64,000 nucleotides of DNA from Candidatus Poribacteria bacterium (lineage in GTDB: Bacteria; Poribacteria; WGA-4E; WGA-3G), in assembly GCA_022822275.1 (NCBI GenBank), contig JAJEBZ010000095.1, positions 14,036 to 78,035 on the forward strand, in the 5' to 3' direction. Positions 21,036-28,491 of this stretch are shown here, in pieces. The notes beneath the pieces were generated by a model. The model was not told the DNA's origin. It saw nothing but the letters and a program-made list of their open reading frames with translations, and did not search any database. Position 1 is the stretch's first letter, and each line of letters opens with the position of its first letter. A program made the translations under genes and the position numbers.

Positions 21036-21103
21036 GATTGATACTATTTTTTCGTCAAGATTGATACTATTTTATAGTAACCTTTAGAATTAATTGGATA
21101 TTA

Positions 21104-21210
21104 TGTTCGGTTCGGTTAGGAAACCGAACCTACCGGGGTTATAGCACAAACTGTTATTTTGTATCCGCATTTGCACAAACTAACAGTTTGTGCTACAAAA
21201 GTGCCCCATT
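21104..21210 (+). repeat. MITE-like element, family C, copy 1.
   Basis: A 'ttatgttcggttcggttaggaaaccgaacc' arm is followed by the palindrome pair 'GTAGCACAAACTGTTA...CACAAACTAACAGTTTGTGCTAC'. The same structure recurs at 28333-28446, with fragments at about 8410-8475 and about 26440-26495. Confidence 0.55.
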
Positions 21211-21246
21211 AATTATATGTTTTAGTATAGTAACTCAAACGGAGAT

Positions 21247-22473
21247 TTATGTCGTAATAGACTTTACACAACGAAAACCGATGTTAGAATTTGCATAAGT
21301 CGGTAGCGCGGCAGAACGTTTTGCGGTTCGTATGTTCTGCACCTTATTGTACCAAGAACCGCCACGCAGTAAACGTAGTGCTTTAGAATTTCTATAGCTA
21401 TTTACTATTCTGCTAATGCTGTCCCCTGTGACGGGATTTTCACTTGGTGAAGATGCATAGAAGTGTTCATCCCACTCATCAAGGCACCATTCCCACACAT
21501 TCCCCGACATATCATATAAATCGAACTCATTTGCCGGATACTCTCCTACGGGTGTTGTAGAACCGATATTTTTGCCGAAGTTTGCCTTTGTGGTATCTAT
21601 GAGATCTCCCCATGGAAACTTCTTACCAGCTAAGCCACCACGAGCAGCCTTTTCCCATTCCGCTTCTGTTGGTAAACGTTTACCAATCCATTCTGCATAC
21701 GCCATAGCAGCATACCAGCTAACGTGAACTACCGGATGATTCGCTTGTCCATCCAAATAGTTGTTCCTATGCCAATGGTGGAGGAGGTACCCATCGTGGT
21801 ATTTTGCGGGTAGAAACTTACTCAATCCTTGGGGTTTGTTCCATTGCGGGTTTGCATCAACGAATGCCTTGAATTGTGCATTTGTTACCGGATATTTGTC
21901 TATATAAAACGCATCCACAAAGACAGTGTGTACAGGTTGTTCATCATTAAAAGCTTCGTTATCACTGCCACCCATTTCAAATTCACCTGCAAGAATAAGT
22001 TCCATGTCATCGTCAAGATGTAAAGGCACTGTGGGGGTGTCTACTAATGCTTCTTCGGTATGTTGTACTGTTGTAAGGTGTGCGTTCCGTTTCTGCGGGT
22101 CTATTAACACATCCCTTGCTTGATTTAGGAGTGTCCGCCACTGTTCTTCTGATTTGCCATCTGCACGCGGACGTCCACCTGCCTGCAATGATGTGCTGTA
22201 CAAGTTTTTATGTGCAGTTTCTACGCGTTCAGTGATAGCCACTTCATCTAAACTTTGGATCGCTTCAACTGTTAGTCCTAAGATTCCAAAATAATCCTCT
22301 TGTTCTCCAATCACTAAACCAGATGAATTTAGAATGTCAGCTGCATCATCAATAGATATGTCAAACTGTTGCACAGCTCTACGGAGCAATCCTTTTCGTT
22401 GTTCATCAGAAATTGTCGGTGAAACCGTTTTAAATTCGTTAATGAGGGTTATATATTCATTACGTTTTGACAT
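21247..22473 (-). CDS. J-like domain / FGE-sulfatase-fold fusion protein, paralog 5.
   Basis: It has the same architecture as the other paralogs, including 'YFGILGLTVEAI...HKNLYSTSLQAGGRPRADGKSEEQWRTLLNQARDVLIDPQKR' and 'HPVVHVSWYAAMAYAEWIGKRLPTEAEWEKAARGG'. Confidence 0.75.
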   Translation of the reverse strand: MSKRNEYITLINEFKTVSPTISDEQRKGLLRRAVQQFDISIDDAADILNSSGLVIGEQEDYFGILGLTVEAIQSLDEVAITERVETAHKNLYSTSLQAGGRPRADGKSEEQWRTLLNQARDVLIDPQKRNAHLTTVQHTEEALVDTPTVPLHLDDDMELILAGEFEMGGSDNEAFNDEQPVHTVFVDAFYIDKYPVTNAQFKAFVDANPQWNKPQGLSKFLPAKYHDGYLLHHWHRNNYLDGQANHPVVHVSWYAAMAYAEWIGKRLPTEAEWEKAARGGLAGKKFPWGDLIDTTKANFGKNIGSTTPVGEYPANEFDLYDMSGNVWEWCLDEWDEHFYASSPSENPVTGDSISRIVNSYRNSKALRLLRGGSWYNKVQNIRTAKRSAALPTYANSNIGFRCVKSITT

Positions 22474-22534
22474 TAGATATTTCTCTTTGGTAAATAGTTT
22501 TTTTGGACAGAATTGAGTCGGTAAAACGTCAAGG

Positions 22535-23836
22535 TTAAACTGGCATCACACAACGGAACCCTATGCTGAAACAAGTATACTTAGGTGTATTACGTGAACG
22601 GTATGCTACCCTAACGTTCTGAGGTATACTCACACAGGAACCGCCGCGCATAATCCGAAAAGACCTAATGTCAGTAAAGTTATTCACAGTTTGGACTATG
22701 CTATCACCTGAAAACGGATTATCCCGTGGGGACTGCATATAGAAGTTTTTATTCCATGCGTCCAGGCACCATTCATACACATTGCCTATCATATCATATA
22801 AACCGTAGTTGTTCGGGGGATATTTACCGACAGTTGTTGTTTTACCGATGTATGCGTCATAGTTTAAATAACTTGCATCAATCGTACTTCCCCATGGATA
22901 TTTTTCGCCTATCAAACCACCGCGTGCAGCCTTTTCCCATTCTGCTTCGGTAGGAAGACGTTTGCCCATCCACTGTGAGTATGCCATCGCAGCATACCAA
23001 CTCACCCAAGTTGCTGGATGTTGATCTTCTCCTCTTGGGTAATCGTTTTTATTCCAATTTTTCAGGTATTCCCCATCGTGAAATTCTCTGAGGATATTTG
23101 CTGTATCAATCTTACCCGACTCATACCATTTCAATGGTTTGCGCCATTGCGGATTCTCATCAATAAATGCTTTAAATTGTGCGTTTGTTACTGGATATTT
23201 ATCCATATAGAAAGCATCTACATAAACAGTATGTATAGGTTTTTCATCGTTGAATGCGTCTCTTTCATCACTTCCCATCTGAAATTCGCCTGCAGGAATG
23301 AGAACCATGTCATCTTTTTCTAATGGAATAGAGGGAGTATGCTGCTCCACCGAAACTGATTGTGTCTGTTCAGAAGGGGTGTTTTCTATCTCTGATATAG
23401 ATTCATTGGAAGGAACTGCACCGTTTTGGAGAAGTGCAATATATTCTTGTCGTTTTTCTACGTCTATAAGTACCTCACGAGCCTGATTCAGGAGCGTTCG
23501 CCACTGTTCTTCTGTTCTACCGTCAACACGGGGACGACCGCCTGCACGCAACGAAGCGGTATATAGTTTTTTGTGTGCAACCTCTACGTGGTTCACGATT
23601 GCCAATTCGTCTAAACTTTGAAGTTCGTCAATAGAGAAACCTAACACTTCAAAGTAATTAATCTGTTCACCGATTGTCAGTCCTGCCGCATTGAGGATAT
23701 ACGTTGCTTCATCAATAGTGAGCCCATGTTGCTGTACCCCTAACCGCAAAAACCCCTTGCGTTGTTCATCGGTTATAGTGGGTGAAGCAATTTTGAGTGC
23801 GTCTATTATCGCAATAAAATCATCCCTGTTTGACAT
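22535..23836 (-). CDS. J-like domain / FGE-sulfatase-fold fusion protein, paralog 6.
   Basis: It has the same architecture as the other paralogs, including 'NYFEVLGFSIDEL...HKKLYTASLRAGGRPRVDGRTEEQW' and 'HPATWVSWYAAMAYSQWMGKRLPTEAEWEKAARGG'. Confidence 0.75.
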   Translation of the reverse strand: MSNRDDFIAIIDALKIASPTITDEQRKGFLRLGVQQHGLTIDEATYILNAAGLTIGEQINYFEVLGFSIDELQSLDELAIVNHVEVAHKKLYTASLRAGGRPRVDGRTEEQWRTLLNQAREVLIDVEKRQEYIALLQNGAVPSNESISEIENTPSEQTQSVSVEQHTPSIPLEKDDMVLIPAGEFQMGSDERDAFNDEKPIHTVYVDAFYMDKYPVTNAQFKAFIDENPQWRKPLKWYESGKIDTANILREFHDGEYLKNWNKNDYPRGEDQHPATWVSWYAAMAYSQWMGKRLPTEAEWEKAARGGLIGEKYPWGSTIDASYLNYDAYIGKTTTVGKYPPNNYGLYDMIGNVYEWCLDAWNKNFYMQSPRDNPFSGDSIVQTVNNFTDIRSFRIMRGGSCVSIPQNVRVAYRSRNTPKYTCFSIGFRCVMPV

Positions 23837-23927
23837 AAGTTCATTTCCTTTGAATCAGATTTGAAGGAGATGGTAGGACAAACAAAAAACACTGCTAACA
23901 TAACAATATTTAAATTCAGCACCGCAC

Positions 23928-25523
23928 TTATTCAACGATTAGGTCTTGTAGGTCAGTTTTTGCCTGTGCAACCTCTTCTTCATTGAGGGTCGGTCTATCA
24001 ATAATGGAAAAGATGTCGTAAACGGCGGTTGCATCATCGTCAGAAAGAGATGTTGCAGTTACCTCAAGATTTTGGTGCAAGTTGTATTTGTAGATAACTT
24101 CAATTGGAGACCCTTGTGGCAACCCCGTTGGCAGCTCAAGCGTGCATTCGCCCAATTTGTACTCATCAAAGAGATCGATATCTTCCTTGAATTGATCCTG
24201 TTCAAGCCCCTGTACAACTTCAATTAACACCGAAGGTTGATTGCGGTCTACTGTCAAAAACTTATCTCCGACTTCACATGGCACAGCAGTCATTTTAGGT
24301 ATCATGACATGGATGATGTGCTCGCGTTGTGCGTTTAGGACGACAAGTCCGAGGTTATGTGTTGCCCCATCAGTTACAGTCACCTTTGGAGCACCGTCAG
24401 GCCCGATAAACCTTTCAATGACAGCGTCAGGTATATCTGTTGTTTCGGTTTCACCTTCGGATATTTGGCGGAGTGTTCCCTGAATAGCAGCACCGATTGC
24501 CACGACTTCATCTGGGTTGACTTCATAAGGATTGATCTCTTTACCACTGCTTGCGGCTATCATTTCCCGCACCATCGGCATCCGAGTTGACCCGCCTACC
24601 AACAAGATTTTGTCTATATTTTCCCATGTCATGTCTGCTTCCGTAAGGACAACATTGCACAAAACACGGCATCTTTCAAGCAGGTCTGCGGTGAGTTGTT
24701 CAAACTTTTCTCTGGTCAATTCCACCCGTGTTGTCTTGCCGTTGTATCCGCAAACGATGAGGGCGCGCTGCCTTAATGACAAAGATTCTTTTGCGGTGAT
24801 CGCATCCAGTTGTAAGTCTTGATACGTGTGAAGGTCTTCTAACGGATTTTCCCCGTGTTCAATTTCATACATCTCCGCAACATGCGTGATGATCTTATCA
24901 TCCCAATCCTTACCGCCAAGTCTGTGGTCACCGTTTGTAGCGAGCATCTGGATTTCAGTTTCTGACACTTTCATGATCGTCACATCAAACGTACCACCAC
25001 CAAGGTCAAACACGAACACATTTTGGTTGGTACCCAATTGGTCCATACCGTAAGCGAGCGCGGCGGCGGTTGGTTCGTTGAGGACTTGCAGGACGTTCAA
25101 CCCAGCAATTTTCCCCGCGTTTCGGGTTGCTTCGCGCTCCGCGTCATGAAAATAGGCGGGAACAGTGATAACAGCATCTGTGATTTCTTCACCCAGATAT
25201 GTTGCGGCATCCTGCTTGAGTTTTGTCAGAATGATTGCGGAGAGTTCTTCGGGGGAATAGTTCTTTGCGTCAAATGTGCGAAAGTATTCTGCCTTGGACT
25301 TACCCATCTCCCGTTTGACAAACTCAACAATCTGTTCGGGAACTGCTCTGGCGTTTTGCTTAGCGATTTTGCCGACGGTTACGAGGGTGTCCTCAAACAT
25401 AATGACCGACGGTGTAATACGTTCACTTTCCAAGTTTGGAATGATCTCTGCCTGTCCATGCTCATTGATGTGTGCTATTGCAGAGAATGTCGTTCCGAGA
25501 TCAATCCCAACGACTTTACCCAT
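23928..25523 (-). CDS. Atypical Hsp70-family chaperone (short, lid-less DnaK/HscC-like paralog).
   Basis: The N-terminus 'MGKVVGIDLGTTFSAIA' is the phosphate-1 motif. 'VFDLGGGTFDVTI' and 'ILLVGGSTRMPMV' are canonical Hsp70 NBD motifs. At 531 aa the protein is too short for a full DnaK C-terminal lid. The start overlaps the stop of the upstream GrpE-like gene. Confidence 0.8.
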   Translation of the reverse strand: MGKVVGIDLGTTFSAIAHINEHGQAEIIPNLESERITPSVIMFEDTLVTVGKIAKQNARAVPEQIVEFVKREMGKSKAEYFRTFDAKNYSPEELSAIILTKLKQDAATYLGEEITDAVITVPAYFHDAEREATRNAGKIAGLNVLQVLNEPTAAALAYGMDQLGTNQNVFVFDLGGGTFDVTIMKVSETEIQMLATNGDHRLGGKDWDDKIITHVAEMYEIEHGENPLEDLHTYQDLQLDAITAKESLSLRQRALIVCGYNGKTTRVELTREKFEQLTADLLERCRVLCNVVLTEADMTWENIDKILLVGGSTRMPMVREMIAASSGKEINPYEVNPDEVVAIGAAIQGTLRQISEGETETTDIPDAVIERFIGPDGAPKVTVTDGATHNLGLVVLNAQREHIIHVMIPKMTAVPCEVGDKFLTVDRNQPSVLIEVVQGLEQDQFKEDIDLFDEYKLGECTLELPTGLPQGSPIEVIYKYNLHQNLEVTATSLSDDDATAVYDIFSIIDRPTLNEEEVAQAKTDLQDLIVE

Positions 25524-26229
25524 CTATACTGCCTCCTTTCTCACTGGAAGGAGATTCATTTATTGAGTTTTCAGATTTTTGGGTGTCGGGAGTATATCGA
25601 AATATTGTCACCTCTTCTGGTCGGAACACTTTCTCTCGCCAATGAAACCCAATTTTATGAACTTCTGCGATTTTCTGATCCTGTTGTGGCTCATCTGACG
25701 GTATTACCTTGCGCGTCTTGTGCAAATGCCGATCAAGCGTGTCCAGAGACTCCTTATAGGGTGTCACATCCATACGGTATAGTACCTCTTCAAGTTTAAA
25801 CCGAAAGTTCTCCACATTTTTCCGAAATTGGTTGAGTTCATCTGGCAGCGTTTCTTCATGCCCGCTCAATATATCGTCAAGTTGTGTTTCAAGCATCCCG
25901 TAACTATCATATAGTTGGATTAGGTTGTGGATAATCGGTTTGTGAAGTACTTCAAGTAGAAAACTTTCCTTATATTCTTTCATTTCAGCATATATTTTGT
26001 CAAACATCTCTGTCTGATTCTGGTTTCGTGCAATCTGCTTTTCGAACAGATCTTGTAGTGAAGATAAGGTTTGATTTACCTGTGCCAGGTCTCTTTGTTG
26101 TGGCATTTCCAGATCATCCAGTTGTGCATCCGAATCCATTTCAACATTATCACTTTTTTCTACTAAATCTGAATCTGTGTCTATATCGGTACTTAGTTTT
26201 ATATCATCTTCATTCAATTGCTTTTCCAA
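25516..26229 (-). CDS. GrpE-like nucleotide-exchange factor.
   Basis: A coiled-coil region is followed by 'FDKIYAEMKEYKESFLLEVLHKPIIHNLIQLYDSYGMLE', which parallels the GrpE 'ENLRRRTERE..A..FA.EKF..DLLPV.DNLERAL' block. The C-terminal 'VHKIGFHWREKVFRPEEV' parallels the GrpE 'QKGY..GR.LRPAMV' block. The likely start is the TTG at 26229, which follows the RBS AAGGAGG. The longer ORF from 26295 begins inside the promoter -10 box. Confidence 0.5.
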   Translation of the reverse strand: MEKQLNEDDIKLSTDIDTDSDLVEKSDNVEMDSDAQLDDLEMPQQRDLAQVNQTLSSLQDLFEKQIARNQNQTEMFDKIYAEMKEYKESFLLEVLHKPIIHNLIQLYDSYGMLETQLDDILSGHEETLPDELNQFRKNVENFRFKLEEVLYRMDVTPYKESLDTLDRHLHKTRKVIPSDEPQQDQKIAEVHKIGFHWREKVFRPEEVTIFRYTPDTQKSENSINESPSSEKGGSIDG

Positions 26230-26286
26230 AATAGAACCCTCCTTACAACGAGTTTTTCTTAGGGGGGTAGTTCCAAGTCTCTTTTG

Positions 26287-26315
26287 ATTATACAACGAAT
26301 TAGGTAGTCTGTCAA
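26287..26315 (-). promoter_or_regulatory. Consensus sigma70-type promoter for the grpE-like/hsp70/J-FGE operon.
   Basis: On the minus strand the sequence reads TTGACA, then a 17-nt spacer, then TATAAT. The RBS AAGGAGG and the GrpE-like start lie about 50 nt downstream. Confidence 0.6.
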
Positions 26316-26558
26316 CAGCAACTTAAAAAGTTCCAATCTCATTATAGAAACACCCTATCTTTTTGAGACATTTCATGCACTAAAAGATAGCAAAATCGCA
26401 ACTATGTGTAGATTTTAGAATTAATTGTACATTCGGCAGTGGGTATGTCAGAATACGCGTATGGTATTCTGAATTGGTTAGGAAACCACACCTACCGTTC
26501 TTTTTGCCAAAATAGACAGCGTGCAAGTGCAATTCGAACTACATACATGGTCATGGAA

Positions 26559-27839
26559 TTAACTTTTCTGCCACGGGACACTTCCTGCCTTCTGTTTTTC
26601 TTCCTGAAACAAACGTCCCATTTCCCTATAAAGTTTGTTGTTTGTGCGTGAAGTGTCATTTGCTTCCATCGAATCGCTTGATAGGTCATATAGTTCCAGT
26701 GGCTCAAAAGGACTATTGTGTAGCAACTTGATGTCCCCCTGTCGTATTGCGTGTTGACACTGTGCGTGAAAGCGGTTTCCCCCCTCTCTGCGTATCCAGT
26801 ATAGCAGACGATCAGAGAAATCCTGTTTTTCTCCTTGAAGTGTTTGCCAAATAGAACGCCCCTCAATTTCATGTTTGACAGGAATATCAGCGACTTCACA
26901 CACTGTCGGCAAGAGATCCATAAGCATTGCTACCTGATCTGTAACGTGTCCTTCTGGTATGTGGTCTTTCCACATTGCACATGTAGGGACTCGGATACCT
27001 CCTTCGTACATCTGTCCTTTTTGTCCACGGAGCGGACCATTGTTTGCCCCAACCTGCATTGCCCCGCCATTGTCTGACGTGTAAATCACCAGCGTATTGG
27101 AGAGTTGACCGGTTTCCTCAAGTGAGTCCAGCACACGTCCGATACCGGCATCCATGTGTTCAACGAGAGCAACGTATTTTGCGCGTTGATCTGAAATCTC
27201 CGGTTCACGTTTTCGTACTCTTTCAATCCAGTCATCGGGTGGTTGGATAGGTGTATGTGGTGCGTTGTAAGCGAGATAGAGGAAAAATGGATGGGATGTG
27301 TGTGCATGCGTGCGAATAAAGTCTACGCTCCAATCCGAGAAAAGATCTGTGGCGTGTCCTCTCGGATCAATGGTTTCAAAACCGCGCCGCATGTAGTTAT
27401 TGCCATGTCGGAGATGTGTGTAATAGTCGTCCATCATATCGCCGAGGAAACCGTGAAAATGGTCAAACCCGCGTTTGCACGGGTGATTCTCATCTTCAAG
27501 TCCCAAATGCCACTTCCCGATAAGTGCCGTGCGATAGTCTTTCTGTTTCAACATTGAAGGCAGTGTGATTGCGTCCTGTTGAAAATAACCCCAGTTGTTC
27601 TGGGCATGCGTGCGTATTACACCGGGGACACCGACTCTATCAGGATAGCGTCCGGTCATAAGCGATGCACGACTTGGAGAACATACAGAGGAGTTTGCAT
27701 AAAATTGCGTTAAGCGAGTGCCTTCTGCGGCAATTCTATCAATATTAGGGGTTTGGATTGAGGGGCCGTCATGAGCTGATATATCGCCATATCCGTGATC
27801 GTCTGCAAGGATGAGTAAAATGTTTGGTGATTTTGCCAT
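26559..27839 (-). CDS. Cys-type sulfatase (arylsulfatase family) without a signal peptide.
   Basis: 'NILLILADDHGYGD' is the sulfatase N-terminal metal-binding motif. 'SSVCSPSRASLMTGR' contains the C-x-P-x-R formylglycine target. The start at 27839 follows an AGGAGA RBS. The N-terminus MAKSPNILLIL has no hydrophobic leader. Confidence 0.8.
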   Translation of the reverse strand: MAKSPNILLILADDHGYGDISAHDGPSIQTPNIDRIAAEGTRLTQFYANSSVCSPSRASLMTGRYPDRVGVPGVIRTHAQNNWGYFQQDAITLPSMLKQKDYRTALIGKWHLGLEDENHPCKRGFDHFHGFLGDMMDDYYTHLRHGNNYMRRGFETIDPRGHATDLFSDWSVDFIRTHAHTSHPFFLYLAYNAPHTPIQPPDDWIERVRKREPEISDQRAKYVALVEHMDAGIGRVLDSLEETGQLSNTLVIYTSDNGGAMQVGANNGPLRGQKGQMYEGGIRVPTCAMWKDHIPEGHVTDQVAMLMDLLPTVCEVADIPVKHEIEGRSIWQTLQGEKQDFSDRLLYWIRREGGNRFHAQCQHAIRQGDIKLLHNSPFEPLELYDLSSDSMEANDTSRTNNKLYREMGRLFQEEKQKAGSVPWQKS

Positions 27840-28026
27840 AGTTATCTCCTTATGGGGTATGATTTGTATTTCAACTAACAATGCAAAACGCCCAAATTAG
27901 CATGTCGTGCAGCCAAGTTGGGCGTGATGCGTGGTCGCTTCAATATAGGGGCGGGGGCTCCCCGCCCGTTGTTTCAATCTATAAGACATGATAAACAACA
28001 AGAACTCACTATATATAGTAGACTTT

Positions 28027-28315
28027 AACGTGAGTTTGATAAAACAATTTAATTTTGAATGTGGTGTTTCGTCAACGTCCATCTTGATTAGAAACCAGAA
28101 CAAACCCCTTGCTCCGTAGGAGCAATATGTTTATAGCAACTGTCCAATACAGTACCCCGCTTCGTAGGAGCGGTATGTGGTTTCAGCACACATAGCACTC
28201 CGCTGGAGTGCTGCGATTTATTCGCCTTCAAATTTGGATAGACGTGATATATCGTTTTGGCTTCCTCTAATTCATTGTGTCAAACCCACTTTAATATTAT
28301 TATCAAACTCACGTT
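28027..28315 (-). repeat. MITE-like element, family B, copy B.
   Basis: It is the reverse complement of 3017-3354. It has perfect 16-bp terminal inverted repeats 'AACGTGAGTTTGATAA' / 'TTATCAAACTCACGTT' and the same internal palindromes. Confidence 0.7.
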
Positions 28316-28332
28316 AGACTTTCGGATTATTT

Positions 28333-28446
28333 GGACATTATGTTCGGTTCGGTTAGGAAACCGAACCGAACAAAGGTGTTGTAGCACAAACTGTTAGTTT
28401 GTGCAGATGCGGACACAAACTAACAGTTTGTGCTACAAAATGTCCA
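28333..28446 (+). repeat. MITE-like element, family C, copy 2.
   Basis: The ends are 'GGACATT...AATGTCC' inverted repeats. Internally 'gtagcacaaactgttagtttgtgc' and 'gcacaaactaacagtttgtgctac' form a long hairpin. This copy lies directly next to family-B copy B. Confidence 0.55.
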
Positions 28447-28491
28447 AATAATTATATGCTTTACTATAAATAATTTATGAGATATGCACTA

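Noticed and set aside
14147-23836. The seven FGE-domain paralogs as catalytically active formylglycine-generating enzymes.
   Set aside because: The conserved copper-binding cysteine pair between the 'RGGS' and 'GFRC' motifs is absent in every copy. A non-catalytic FGE fold (SUMF2/PvdO-like) is more consistent.
25023-25799. A 258-aa plus-strand ORF, and several other antisense ORFs of 60-160 aa inside large genes (for example 36205..36696, 59655..60182, 62603..62995, 3357..3893).
   Set aside because: They are fully embedded antisense to well-supported genes (hsp70, the Cas-like large subunit, repeat proteins and the flippase). They have no RBS and low-complexity composition. They are typical shadow ORFs.
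26295-26295. The ORF-track start of the GrpE-like gene (TTG at 26295).
   Set aside because: That codon lies inside the TATAAT -10 box of the operon promoter. The downstream TTG at 26229, which has an AAGGAGG RBS, is the plausible start.
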